Positions 24,201 through 37,394 are shown, counted from the first letter of the whole stretch. The stretch is 63,554 bases of DNA, filler included, from Chiloscyllium plagiosum (GCF_004010195.1; 5 parts of one record of this genome joined end to end with filler, not necessarily neighbours in it), one strand, 5' to 3'. Translations and numbers: made by a program. The notes: generated by a model from the letters alone, not told the origin.

Positions 24201-26760
24201 AAGACAGGACTAGGAGGATGCAGTCATTTTTTAAAAATTTGACCTTTCCGGGCCTAACTCCGGAACAGGTATCGGTCTTAAATGCTCCCCTAACAGTCCA
24301 AGAAATACTTGACGCAATCAGGCAACTTCAGAGTGGTAAGGCATCGGGCCCAGATGGTTTTCAAGCTGAATTCTATAAAGAATTATAGAAATATTGGCTG
24401 GTCCACTTATGGACATGTATAAGTATGCATATAGTCAGGGCTGTCTCCCGCCTTCGATGAAAGAGGCAAATATCTCTCTTATCTTTAAAAAAGGAAAGGA
24501 TCCAGAAGATTGTACATCATACAGACCAATATCCTTGCTAAATGTAGATTTTAAAATCCTTTCTAAAACGTTAGCATTGAGACTAGAAAGGGTACTGCCA
24601 CATATCATAAAGGAGGATCAGACGGGGTTTATTAAGGGCCATAGATCATCCAATAATATTAGAAGGGTTTTGAATATGATTCAAGCCTGCCATCAGGGAA
24701 AGATACCAGGAGTAGTAGTTTCATTAGACGCGGAAAAGGCATTTGATAGGGTTGAATGGTCATATTTGTTTTACACATTGGAAAGGTGTTTACCAAATGG
24801 GTCTCAACACTGTATAGTGATCCCAAAGNNNNNNNNNNNNNNNNNNNNNNNNNNNNNNNNNNNNNNNNNNNNTTAATTAATTAANNNNNNNNNNNNNNNN
24901 NNNNNNNNNNNNNNNNNNNNNNNNNNNNATTACGGATCACTGTAAAAACCCTATAATACTAAATACAATTAAAGCTTGGAATATAATGTGGCAAAATGAG
25001 GGCAACTCATATAAAACATCCCCCTATGCGCCGATAGTGGGAGCATGGGGATTCCAACCGGGGTTTATAGATGCCACTTTTAAACTCTAGAGATCCAGGG
25101 GTATCTCATGTCTAGGGGATCTATTTGAAGATGGGGTCCTGATGTCTTTTGAACACCTGCGTCAGAAATTCGGATTACCTAATGGAGACCTCTATCGATA
25201 CTCCCAAATTCGAGATTATATACAGAAGAAGACTACGTTATTAGATAGTCTTTATAAATCAGATAGAGAATGTAGAGTACTACGACCAATGGGGGTATCC
25301 TCCATCAGTACTATTTATAATTTATTACATGATGAGGTATTGGGAGATATGGACAATCTGCTGAAAACATGGGATCAGGAATTGGGACTAGAAATCTCTA
25401 TAGAAACGTGGAATGACATTTGGGAAAACGCCAGAAGAATCACCATCTGTAACAGAACTCAGGCTATCCAGCTGAAGATACTTCATAGAGCCCATATAGC
25501 ACCGGAGCGATTGGCAAAATTTAAGGCAGGGGCATCCCCAATGTGTCCCAAATGTAAAATAGACGTGGGCACTCTTGTACATTGTCTATGGACCTGTCAT
25601 AAGATCCGTAGATACTGGACTAAAGTAGCAAGTGCCCTGACAGAAAGTTTAGGAACGGAAATTAAAGTGGACCCCGTATCTCTCCTTTTGGGCTTTTCGA
25701 ACGTATCCTCCCTGGACATGCATGGGAAGAGACTATTTTCTGTTCTCTTTCTGTGCAAGGAAAAATATTTTGGTAAACTGGGTGGCTGAGGGCCCCCCTG
25801 GACTTTTAAATTGGCACAGATTAATTATGGAATGTATTCCCCTTGACTTCCTTACAAATATGGTGCACTGAAAGACCGAATTATTTTATAAAATATGGCA
25901 GCCCTTCTTGAATTATATGAATACAGATATTTCAGCTATCCTAACAAGAGCTTTCATTTAATTGAGATTACGAACCTGGCTGGTCCGGGGCCCCTTGGGA
26001 GAGGAATCCCGCACGAATATGGGTTTTGTTACATTTGATGTTAACACATTCCGAGTATGTATCTCACTACCCAATTTCTATGTTATCCGCTGTTTTTTTT
26101 TCTCTCTCTTTCTCTTATTTGAATAATGTAAGAGACTTAAATATACACTCTGGTTAGTTGTAGGTTAGATTAGTAGTTAGTTGAGTTTTGTTTTTTTTCT
26201 CGGTATTTTTCTTTTGTTAAATTTTGGTTATTATATATTTAAGATTTAATTGTATATCAATGTTTGTACTTGAGAGTTTTGTTTATTTTTGTAAACTTGT
26301 AAAAATGTTAAATTTCTAATAAAAATATCTATAAAAAAAAGACATAACTCACTCATCATCAAGGAACTACCAGAGAGTTGGGACAAAGGATTAGATTTCT
26401 CACTCACGGATACCAGAGATTCACCAAATAATACTACTGGATTGAATCTATTTGAATTAATGTCATAGTCGTGAGAGTAATTGTTCACTAAAATTAATTT
26501 TGGAGAAGCTCTTGAACAAAAAAGATGAATCTTCAAAATTAGATTGTATTCATGCTTCTAGAAAGACATGTAGGCATATATATGATAGCACAAGAGCACT
26601 TGAAAGTTTCACAAGTGAAAACGAAAGAATGGGCAGGTAAGCAACTGGAACGTTTCAAGTGACAAAGTAATAAGGGCATTGTTACCATCCAAAGTGAACC
26701 ACAAGAAGTGGAATTCAATGGCCGGTATGAAGGAGTTAGGAAGGTTTGTAAAATGACTTA
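21262..26760 (+). mobile_element. Ancient Gmr1-like Gypsy pol remnant, split by the L1
   Basis: Protease-like ILRDAGITHTLLLE and LGNDLARVKVIVLP at 21262-21600. Integrase C-terminal-like PESWDKGLDF and QEHLKVSQVK at 26341-26760. Confidence 0.55.
21903..26340 (+). mobile_element. L1-clade LINE, 5'-truncated within ORF1
   Basis: ORF1 C-terminus (RPRPVL...IMLFQDFS...YPATLR) ends at 22350. ORF2 starts at ATG 22934 with APE (GGDFNCIMD, TRIDVFF), RT (YRPISLLNVDFKILSK, SLDAEKAFDRVEW) and a CPKC...HCLWTC knuckle. AATAAA at 26318 precedes an A-tail. A spacer gap lies inside the RT. Confidence 0.92.
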
Positions 26761-27443
26761 TCATAAAATTTTACAATATAGAAGGAAGTCTTTTGATCCA
26801 TCATCTGTATGAGCTCCCGAAAGAGCTAAATCCATTCTATGTAGCTGTCTAAAATTCATACTTTCAAATATACATCCAACTCTCTTTTGAAACCTTCAAT
26901 GGAATCCATCTCCACCACTTTCCCAGGCAGCACATTCTAAATCCTACATCTCGGAGTAACGAAGTTTCTCCTCATCTCACTCCACCTCTCGCTGAAAATC
27001 TTGAAATTATGACCTAAGCTACTGACATACCAACTACTGGAAACAGAATATCCTTCTTTACCATGTCAGAATTGTTCATAATTTTGAATATTTCAATAAG
27101 ATCACCTCTTAATCCCTTCTACTTGGACAATGAGCCCAATCTCTCTCATCATTCCTTTTATCTAAAATCCCTCATTCCTAGTATAATTCTAATAAATATG
27201 CCCCACACCCGCTCCAGGGCTTGAATATCTTTCCTTAAATAAGTTGCCCAGACCTGAACACTGGTTCAACCAGTGGTTTGGAGAGTTGTAGCCTTGCTTT
27301 CATACTCTATGACCCTATTCATAAACCCAAGGAGCCTAAAAGCCTTCTTAACTGTTTCAATTTGCCTGGCCACTTTCAGAGAACTATGTGTGTGAATCTT
27401 GAGATCCCACTTCTCCCACACTCCCCTGAAGCTTGAACTGTCA

Positions 27444-27733
27444 ATGGGGGGGCATGGTGGCACAGTGGTTAGCACTACTGCCTCACAGCACCAGAGACCA
27501 GGGTTCAATTCCCACTTCAGGCAACTGTCTGTGTGGAGTTTGCACATTCACCCCATGTCTGTGTGGGTTTCCTCCCACAGTCCAAAAATATGCAGGTTAG
27601 GTGAATTGACCATGCTAAATTGCCCGTAGTGTTAGGTGAAGAGATAAATGTAGGGGAATAGGTCTGGGTGGGTTGCTCTTTGGAGGACTGGTCGGGCCGA
27701 AGGGCCTGTTTCCACACTGTAAGTAATCTAATC
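27444..27733 (+). mobile_element. HE1-like V-SINE inserted about 5 bp inside the 5' LTR
   Basis: TGTCA|SINE|CAAAG here versus uninterrupted TGTCACAAAG at the start of the 3' LTR. Confidence 0.85.
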
Positions 27734-28382
27734 AAAGTTAGTTCCTTTTTATTTGCTAAAAGCTGTCCATTGGCTCAAGAATATTATGTCCTTGATTCCA
27801 TTTCAGAGTGGTAATAAACCAGGCTGGGTTCTGATTAGTCTGGCTTGGTACAGAGATTAAAGGGCATTGAGAGGCCGTTTTGTTTATATGTAAACACATG
27901 AGACTTCAGGCTAAAGTGGTAATGTTTTCGAAGTGACCTGTATAAAGAGAAAGGAGAATAGTCAGCTCTCTGGCTGAGCTAAGCAGTTTAGTTCAGTCCA
28001 GAACTGGTTGGGAGTTTCAACAGTAAGTTGTGTGGAAACTCTCTCTTCTGCCCTTTTAACTTCAACCTGTAAGCATCTGACCCTTTTTTATACTGTGTTT
28101 GAAAGGGGGTTTGCTTTTTGGGATTGTTGTGTATATTTGGAACAGCATACTTAAGTCTAGTTTGGATAGAATGAGTTCTGTAAGGGTTCCTTATTGTGTT
28201 CTTCATGTTTCACTGTGTAATTTTGTGAATAGATTTTTTGTTTGTTTTTAAATCTACTGATCAACCTCGCTAACTTCATCTGAGTAATATTCACTGTACA
28301 CTTACCAAAACAAATTGCAAAGTCTGGGTTGGGCTGCCTGCTTAAGAATGTTTTGAGTGGTCTGGCCTAGTCTATAACAAAC

Positions 28383-28401
28383 TGAGGGCTCTTTGCAGGA
28401 T
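28383..28401 (+). promoter_or_regulatory. Decayed primer-binding site, tRNA-Pro-like
   Basis: TGAGGGCTCTTTGCAGGAT, 3 nt after the 5' LTR, resembles TGGGGGCTCGTCCGGGAT. Confidence 0.55.
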
Positions 28402-29050
28402 TTTAAAGAGCGAGTGGTAGGTGCTAGTGTCTTTATTTTGGGCGTTGGTTTGGTTGGGTAGACAAAGCTTGGGATAATAATGGCTCTTTCAGTCACCAAA
28501 AGCTTTCTGGGCGTGGATGCCATGACTTTGGAAGAATAACTCCAGGCTGCAGGAATTAGTAGAGAAGCTGGAATTGGAACTGCCTGCTTCTGTCAGGGAA
28601 CAAGAAATAATTACAGCAGTAGCTCAGCATTTAAACTTGCTGGAGAAACCATCAGAATCTGTGGAGATGGAAAGAATTCAATTGCAAATGAAACAACTTG
28701 AGTTAGAAGGGAGAGATAAGGAATGGGCAGCAGAAATGAAACAGTTTGAGTTTTGATTAAAAGCAGAAGAGAGGGAAAAAGACAGCAGCAGAACAGAGAG
28801 AAAAAGAGAGAGTGGGAGAAGAGAGGGAAAGAGAGAGAGCAGAGAAAGATAAAGAGAGAGCTTTCAAACTTCAATAACTGACAATTAAAAAGGAAAGCCA
28901 GCTTAAAAGGCTGGAGATAAAGGTTGAGGGTAGTCTTAGTGAGGAAGCGAGTGAGGATGAGCAAGCCTTTGTTAGTCAGAAGCTGAGGGAGAAACTGTTT
29001 AAGTATGTTCAAGCATTGCCTAAATTTGATGAGAAGGATGTAGAAGGTTT

Positions 29051-29441
29051 TACGAGGAAAGGCTGAGGGACTTGAGGCTGTTTTTGTTAGAGAGAAGAAA
29101 GTTGAGAGGTGACTTAATAAAGACATATAAGATAATCAGAGGGTTAGATAGGGTGGACAGGGAGAGCCTTTTTCCAAGTATGGTGACGGCGAGCACAAGG
29201 GGGCATAGCTTTAAATTGAGGGGTGATAGATATAGGACAGATGTCAGAGGTAGTTTCTTTACTCAGAGAGTCGTAAGGTTATGGAATGCTTTGCCTGCAA
29301 TGGGAGTAGGTTCGCCAACTTTAAGTACATTTAAGTCGTCAAGCATATGGACGTACATGGAATATTTTAGGTTAGATAGGCTTCAGATTGGTATGACAGG
29401 TCGGCGCAGCATTGAGGGCTGAAGCGCAGTAATGTTCTATG
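29051..29441 (+). mobile_element. CR1 3' fragment inserted in Gypsy gag
   Basis: LRLFLLERRKLRGDLIKTYKI and a TGTTCTATGTTC tail. Gag reads LPKFDEKDVEGF|FISFEKVAKQMEW across the insert. Confidence 0.88.
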
Positions 29442-32400
29442 TTCATCTCATTTGAAAAGGTGGCTAAGCAAATGGAGTGGCTGGTGGCAATGGGGTTTTG
29501 TTCATCCAAACAAAACTTGTAAGTAGGCCTTGTGAAGTATTCGCATTTTCAAGTGCATATGAGCTTGTACCAGAAACCTCGAGACAACGTTTCAGGACTC
29601 TAAAGAGGGACCCTAGACAAATGTACATTGAGTTTGAAAGGATCTCACAGAGTAATTTTGATAGATGGAAAAGAGCTTTAAAAATTGAGCAAATCAAGGT
29701 GCCCTTAGAGAGGTAATTATTTTGAAAGAACTCAAAAGTTCACTTCCTGAAGTAGTGCAAACTCATGTGGAAGAGCAGAGAGTTAAAACAGCAAGGTTAG
29801 CAGCTGAAGTGGTTGATGATTATGACCTGGTCCTTAAAACACAGTTTGTCTTCCAGAATCAATTTCAGTCCATAAGGGATAGAAATTGAGGCGAAAAGAA
29901 TCCTCACATGGAAAGGGAAAAGTAGATCTCAGTGAAGATCATAAGGAGAACTTACCACAGGGTAGAAAAGAAACCCTTGAGGGGGACAAAGAAGTTAAAA
30001 AGCTCAGGTGTTTTCATTGTAACAGAGTGGGCCACACCAAGTTACTGTGGGCGAGGAGAAAGTCAGATAAAGGAAAACCAGACAAGCCTGGAAGTCTTGT
30101 TGGACTAGTAACAAAAAGCACGAGGGAAATTAGACAACTGCCTTAGAGTGTACAAGCTGTTCAGAGGTTGATTAGGAGGAAGTGCCAGATCTGCTTAAAA
30201 AATATACATGCAAGGGTAAAGTTTAATCACATAGGCCACAAGCAGTAGGTAAGAAGGTTACAATATTAAGGGACACAGGATCCTCTCAGTTGGGAAATGC
30301 TGAAGGATGAGGAGATATGTACTCCTGAGGTACTATTGCCAAAAAAGGTACTGGTAACAGGAATTCATGGTGAGATAAAAAGTGTTCAATTACGTAAAAT
30401 GAGGTTTAGAGAGCCCAGAGAAGCGTGGAGAATTTGTGGTGGGAGTACTGGACAAACTCTCAACTCTAGGAATATGGTATAGTCCTTGCAAATGATACAG
30501 CTGACTCACCAGTAGGCATGCTGCCTAATCTAGTTGAAAAGCCAATGGAGACACAGGCAACTGAAGACATGGAGAATATTTATCCAGGAATTTCCCGGAT
30601 TGTGTGATCACAAGATCACAGAGGCACAAGCTGATGCAGGAGGGATCAAAAGGCACAGATAAGGAACTGATATAGTGTTATCAGCTAAGTGGCACAGAGA
30701 AGGAACAAATAGGTAAACATGCATGCATCCTTAGCTCTGCTAAGCTGATTGAATTACAGCAGGAAAATGAGAACTTAAAACAGTTATATCAAAAGGCATT
30801 TACAGAGGAGAGTGAATGCATCCCTGTGTATTATTACTTAACAAATGATGTATTAATGAGGAAATGGAGACCATCACACATGCAAGCAGATAAGAAATGG
30901 GCAGAGATTCATCTAACTGTTTTGTGAGTAGGGCATAGAAAGGAGGTGCTGCAAGTGGTGCATGAGCTACCACTTGGAGGTCATTTCGGATGAGGAAAAC
31001 ACTGGCTAAAATACAAGGTCATTTTTACTGGCCTGGAATACACAAAGATGTAATTGAATTTTGCCAGATGTGTCATACATGTCAGCTAATCCGAAAACCA
31101 CAGGCAGTAATAAAACCTGCACCTTTAATACCTATTCCACCATTTGAGGAACCTTTCACAAGAGTCTTGAAAGATTGCGTAGGTCCCCTATCTCAAACAA
31201 AAAGTCTGAATTGGACATGCCTCAAATCAAATTGGACAATGAAGAAGTTGTCACAAATTGGGATAAGCTAGTTATCTTCCACAGGAAAACTGAAATGATC
31301 TGAAAGAGTTATTACTATCACATGGGGGTGATATGCGGAAATAAACTGGGAAGTACTAACCTGACTGTGCATGACGTAGAGATTGCAGGTACTGTTCCAA
31401 TTAAGCAACAACCTTATAGGCATAACCCTCTAAAGTTGGCACAGGTTCAGAAGGAGATAGAGCACATTCTCCAAGATGGCATAATCAAAGTGAGTTACAG
31501 TTACTGGAGTTCACCCATAGTCATGGTGCCAAAGCCAGATGGTACCCAACGGTTATTTGTGGAGTATCGCAAAGTCAACGCCGTTACAAAAACTGATGCA
31601 TATCCAATTCCACGGTTGGAGACTGTGTCAAAAAAGTGGGAAAGCAGCTTACATTTCTAAGTTGGATTTGCTCAGAGGCTACTGGCAAGTACCTCTGTCA
31701 GAGAGAGCAAAGGCGATTTCGGCTGTTGAAACGCCAAATGGACTATATCCGTTCAAAGTCATGCCATTTGGTATGAAAAGCGCTCCAGCCACATTTCAGA
31801 GACTGACTAATAAAGTCATTGCTGGATTACCCAACTGTGTGGTGTACATTGATGACCTGGTGATTTTTAGTCACTCGTGGAAAGAACATTTACAACATTT
31901 ATCAGACTTGTTCGATCAACTTTGGAAGGCAGGCTTGGTGGTAAACCTAGCTAAAAGTGAATTTGCCAAAGCCCAAGTCACCTTCCTGGGCCATGTTATT
32001 GGGCATGGACAAATGGCCCCAGGAGATGCAAAACGAAAGTAATTGGGGAATTTCCCACACTGTCAATGAAAAAAGCAGTACTATGGTTTTTGGGATTGAG
32101 TGTATTTTACTGAACACTTGCGCTGAACTTTAGCAGTTTGGCTGCTCCACTCACTGAATTGTTTACAAAGGGCAAGAAGTTTCAGTGGACAGCGGACTAT
32201 CAAAAGGAATTTGGCAGCCTAAAACCTGCGTTGACCACTGCCCCAGTATTAGCCATACTGGACTACATGAAGCCTTTCAAGTTGGCTATTGATGCCAGTG
32301 ATGTGGGTGTCAGTGCAGTTCTCCTGCAGGAGGATGACGAAGGAGTAGAAAGACACATCGGGCATTTTTCCAGGAAGTTTTAGGTTCATTCAATGGTGGA

Positions 32401-32805
32401 GAAAGAGACTTTAAGCTTGTTGTGGGCATTACAACATTACTGTGTTTATATTATCAGCAATGCATCTGGGACAATTGTATACACTGATCATAATTCATTG
32501 ACATTTGTGGAAAAATTTAAGGACAAAAATGACAGATTCTTTAGATGGAACTTATTATTGCAGCCATTCAATTTGACAATTGTGCACATCGCAGGTCGCG
32601 AAAATGTGATTGCCGATGCATTATCGAGATTTGAATAAGATACGGGGGCATTCGGTGGTGGGTGTGCCATAGCCTGAATTTGAACGTGGTTATGCATGTT
32701 TGCATATTTAAAGTTAGTATAGTGTATATGTGTTTAGATTACTAACTGGATTTTGATGGGTTACAAATGAAGCCATCTTTTGGTATTGATGGTTCTTTTT
32801 TTTAT

Positions 32806-32814
32806 GGGGGGAGG
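32806..32814 (+). promoter_or_regulatory. Polypurine tract before the 3' LTR
   Basis: GGGGGGAGG immediately before TGTCAC. Confidence 0.7.
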
Positions 32815-34539
32815 TGTCACAAAGCTAATCCCTTTTTTTCTAAAAGCTATTCCTTGGCTCAAGGATACTCTGTCCTTGATTTTTCTCAGAGGGGTAATAA
32901 ACCAGGCCGGGCTCCGATTAGTCTGGTTTGGTACAGAGATTAAAGGGCATTAAGAGGCCTTTTCGTTTCTTTGTAAACATATGAGACTTTAGGCTGAAGT
33001 GGTCATGTTTTAGAAGTGACCTGTATAAATAAATGGGAGTGGTCAGCCCTCTGGCTGAGCTGAGCAGTTTAGTTCAGTCCAGAACTGGTTGGGAGTTCAA
33101 CAGTGAGCTATTTGGAAACCCTCTTTTCTACCCTTCTAACTTCAACCTGTGAGCAACTGACCCTTTTTTGTATTGTGTTCTAAAGGGGGTTTGCTTATTG
33201 GGACTGTTGTGTATATTTAAGTTAATTTTGGATAGACTGAGTTCTCTCGGGGTTCTTTATTCTGTTCTTTGTGTTCCTTGTGTAATTTTGTGAATATATT
33301 TTTTGTCTGGTTTAAACCTGTTAGTCAACCTTGCTAACTTACTCTGGGTAATTTTCACTGTACACTTACCGAATCAAATTGCAAAGTTATGGTCTGGACT
33401 ACCTGCTTAAGAATGTTTTGAGTGGTCTGACCTCGTCCATTACAGTACCATTGAGCCTATGTGGTCTTTCCCTATTTCTTCTACCACAAAGCATTACCTC
33501 ACACTTCTCCACACTGAAATTCATTATTCTCCCTAGCTTAGTATCATCTGCAAATTAGAGATTTTGCCCTCAATACCTCCACATTGTTTATATAAATCAG
33601 AAAAAGCAAACACTCCAACATTAATCCCTGTGAAACACCACTCTTTTGATTAAAAATGTATTCATCCTTTGATCAATAATATCACATAAACATGTTGTAA
33701 AGGTTTTGTTGTAGGGAAGAGGATAAGGAAGGACAAGTGTCAGGTAGTACGAATAATGGAAGATGATAGAGACAGTAAGAGTGAGGTAGAAGGAGAGGGA
33801 GACAATTCTCAAAATACCCTCCTTAAATTTGACTAGCGACTTCAGAAATATTGGGACAATTAAGCACTATGTTCTCATTTCAAGAAAGATCAATTGGAGG
33901 ATCTTATAAAACTACTTTTGATTTTGTTATGATTTGATTTGATTTATTATCATCACATGTACCTCGGTACAGTGAAAAGTTTTGTCTTGCATGCAGTACA
34001 GGCAGATCATACCATACGAAGTGCATAAGGGTAATAGAACAGAGCTAGGAATACAATGTTATGGCTGCAGAGAAGGTACACGAAAAGTTTGAAATTTGAG
34101 ACATTAAGTTTGAAATTTGAGAAGTCATTCAGAAATCTAATAACTTGTTAAGTACAAGGTAATGTATAAACTAATCTGTACTACATTAGCGAGACATGAG
34201 GCAGATGTAGGAGAGTCAGAATTAATAAACTAGCTTTCTTATCATAAAAATAAAACAAAATATTTCATATGAATCCTGGAAAACAAGTTTGGGTTGAGAC
34301 AGATTCAGTACATGCTGGAAAATCATTTGATTGAACCTAGTCAAAACAAGTGAAGTTCATGAATGCTGATAGTTCCTAAATGAGTGGAAAAAATAGATTC
34401 TTTATAGATTATAAAGAGATAAATGTGTTCAGACATTGACTGTACCTCATTTCTTTTGAAGATTGATCTACTGAAGGGGTATGGAAAGAGCCATTAACTC
34501 AAGGTCAAAAGGAATATCCATGTTGTTATGCCAAACTGG

Positions 34540-34690
34540 TCATTTATCTCTCCACCCTTCAGGCAGTCTGACTGTATTCTTGATGAAGGGCTTTTGCCCG
34601 AAACATCGGTTTTCCTACTCCTCGGATGCTGCCTGAACTGCTGTGCTTTTCCAGCACCACTCTAATCTAGACTCTGGTTTCCAGCATCTC
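34540..34690 (+). mobile_element. Short Penelope terminus with hammerhead motif (core 34580-34607)
   Basis: UUGAUGA-A-GGGC-UUUU-GCCC-GAAA-CAUC with the family 3' tail. Confidence 0.7.
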
Positions 34691-34934
34691 TGGTTCTGGA
34701 TTATTAGTCCAATGACATTCCCACTATGTCACTGACTCCCCTAAATTCATTTATATAGTTCTGAAGGCTGCAGGCATTCAGTTAAAAAGTCTTCAATGCT
34801 GTCTTTTCAGAACTTTATTCCTACTCTGGCTCATTTTGCTGGTGCATTTAATTGTTGGCTAGCCTGCAAAGCCAACATTCTATGGATGGTTGAAATGAAA
34901 TAAATTCTGTCTTTCATGCTCACATGCTAGTTGC

Positions 34935-36730
34935 CATTTCTCAAGGAATAAGAGAATGATCAAAGAAAGAGTAGGGCCGATCAGGGATAGCATAGACTTG
35001 TGTATAGTGTCTGAGGAGGTAGGGGAAGCCCTAAATGAGTTTTTTCTTCCTGTCTTTACTAAAGAAAAGGACCTTGTAGTGAATGAAACCATTGAGGAGC
35101 AGGTAAGCATGCTGGAACGGACAGAGATTGAGGAAGCTGATGTGCTGAAAATTTTGACAACCATTAAGATCAGATTTGTCTTCGGCTGCTTTGGGAAGCG
35201 AGAAATGTGAATGCTTCATTGCTTGCGAAGATCTTTGCATCTTCGATCTCCACCGGAGTCGTACCTGAGGACTGGAGGGAGGCAAATGTAATTCCTCTCT
35301 TCAAGAAAGGAAATAGGGAAATCCCCAGCAATTACAGACCATTCAGTCTCACGTCAGTCGTCTGCAAGGTGTTCGAAAGGATTCTGAGGGATAGGATTTA
35401 TGACCATCTGGAAGAGCATGGCTTGATTAATTGCAGTCAGCATGGCTTTGTGAGGGACAGGTCATGCCTCACAAATCTTACTGAGTTCTTTGAGGATGTT
35501 ACTAGACAAGTTGATGAAGGTCGAGTGGTGGATGTGGTGTTTATGGACTTCAGGAAGGCATTTGATAAGGTACCCCATGGTAGGCTCGTTCAGAAGGTCA
35601 GGACGAATGGGATAAAGGGAAATTTAGCTGTCTGGATACAGAATTGGCTGGTCGACAGAAGACAGCGAGTGGTAGTGGAAGGAAAGTATTCTGCCTGGAA
35701 GTCAGTGGTGAGTGGTGTTCCACAGGGCTCTGTNNNNNNNNNNNNNNNNNNNNNNNNNNNNNNNNNNGGGATCTTGGTGTGCAGGTACATAGATCCCTTA
35801 AAATGGCCACCCAAGTGGACAGGGTTGTTAAGAAAGCATATGGTGTTTTGGCTTTCATTAACAGGGGGATTGAGTTTAAGAGCAGTGAGATTTTGTTGCA
35901 GCTCTATAAAACTTTGGTTAGACTGTACTTGGAATACTGTGTCCAATTCTAGTTGCCCTATTTAGGAAAGATGTGGATGCTTTGGAGAGTGTTCAGAGGA
36001 GGTTTACCAGGATGCGGCCTGGAATGGAGGGCTTATTTTACGAAAAGAGGTTGACTGAGCTCAGACTTTTTTCATTTGTAAAAAGAAGGAAGAGAGGGGA
36101 CCTAATTGAGGTATACAAGATAATGAGAGGCGTAGATAGAGTCGATAGCCAGAGACCTTTTCCCAGGGCAGAAATTGTTAACATGAGGGGTCATAGTTTT
36201 AAGCCGTTTGGCGGAAAGTATAGAGGGGATGTCAGAGGTTCTTTATGCAGAGAGTTGTGGGAGCATGGAATGCATTGCCAGCAGCAGTTGTGGAAGCAAG
36301 GTCATTGGGGATATTTAAGAGACTGCTGGACATGCACGGTGGCACAATGGTTAGCACTGCTGCCTCACAGCGCCAGAGACCCGAGTTCAATTCTTGCCTC
36401 AGGGGACTGACTGTGTGGAGTTTGCACATTCTCCCCGTGTCTTTGTGGGTTTCCTCCGGGTGCTCCGGTTTCCTCCGACACTCCAAAAATGTGCAGGTTA
36501 GGTGCAGGGGTAAATGTAGAGGAATGGGTCTGGTTGGGTGCACTTCAGCGGGTCGGTGTGGACTTGTTGGGCCGAAGGGCCTGTTTCCATACTGGAAGTA
36601 ATCTAATCATACATATGGTCACAGAAATTTGAGGGTTCATACATTAGGTTTACCTTACATGAGGATCAATGGTTGGCACAACATCGTGGGCTGAAGGGCC
36701 TGTTCTGTGCTGTACTGTTCTACGTTCTAA
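34935..36730 (+). mobile_element. CR1 ORF2 RT and 3' end with nested V-SINE (about 36335-36608)
   Basis: PEDWREANVIPLFKKG, QHGFVRDRSCLTNL and SGVPQGS motifs. N gap at 35734-35767. Confidence 0.92.
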
Positions 36731-37038
36731 GTCCTTACGTGGACTGTTTCTTTTTTCATGAATATTCAATTTTTTTCTAGACCTAATTATATCTCTTGGC
36801 AGAACACTGAACCTAGCATGGTTCCAGTGGGGATAATTCCAATGTCCCAGCTTTTATTAATCCCAAATTTGGCGGTACATGCCTCAAAACTCATTTCTCC
36901 CTCACCAGTCATTTTAACACACAAATTCTATCTCTGGTCTTATTTCCCCTATGGCATTTTGCTTTTACATTATTGGTTGTAAGCTATATTTCTTGCAAAT
37001 GTTGCATGCAAATATTATATGCCAACTGATATTCTTAC

Positions 37039-37202
37039 CCAGTTAGGGATTTCTGGCAAACCTCCAGTTGCTCCTGCAAGTGGGGTAGAAGCTGTCCCAT
37101 CGTGTCGTCTCCCACACAGCACTGAACCACCGTTGGAATTTCATGAGCTCGTTGCATAATTTTTATCCAAGATTTATCGACATTTTGAAAACGTTTTGCT
37201 TC
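37039..37202 (-). CDS. DNAH8: Dynein heavy chain exon (linker, DHC_N2 region), 164 nt, phase 0 to 2 (absent from ORF track)
   Basis: CTTTTCTAG acceptor and GTAAGA donor. Reads [54 protein letters not shown](G). Confidence 0.9.
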
Positions 37203-37394
37203 CTAGAAAAGTAATGATCAAATCCATCAACTACGGAGCTTTGAAACTAATTGTGGGGAAGTCTTATGTCTGGGGGCGAGTGCCCATACCTCTGATTCAA
37301 GCTCTGGGTTAAGATCCACTCCAGGATTTTAAAGTCAAGAAAAGTAAGTCACACTTTGATTAAAGAAGTGAAGAATCAACTTATAAATCGCTGG

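Larger units (their letters stand above)
27439..33444 (+). mobile_element. Gmr1-like Gypsy LTR retrotransposon, two LTRs, decayed
   Basis: LTRs at 27439-28379 (SINE-interrupted) and 32815-33444 with TGT...ACA ends and GAAC/GTAC flanks. Domain order is gag (SCAN-like, CFHCNRVGH), PR (ILRDTGSS), IN (HHCC; core deleted near 31205), RT (YIDD), then RNase H (LAIDASD, YTDH). Confidence 0.9.
26770..33680 (-). mobile_element. Old CR1 fragment that hosts the Gypsy insertion
   Basis: Minus-strand CR1 RT and 3' sequence at 26770-27438 resumes collinearly at 33445 (GTACCATT...CATTACCTCACACTTCTC). Confidence 0.7.

Noticed and set aside
24873..24884. Palindromic TTAATTAATTAA repeated four times in the window
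   Set aside because: Always centred in exactly 44+44 N, so it is a scaffolding linker rather than a biological motif.
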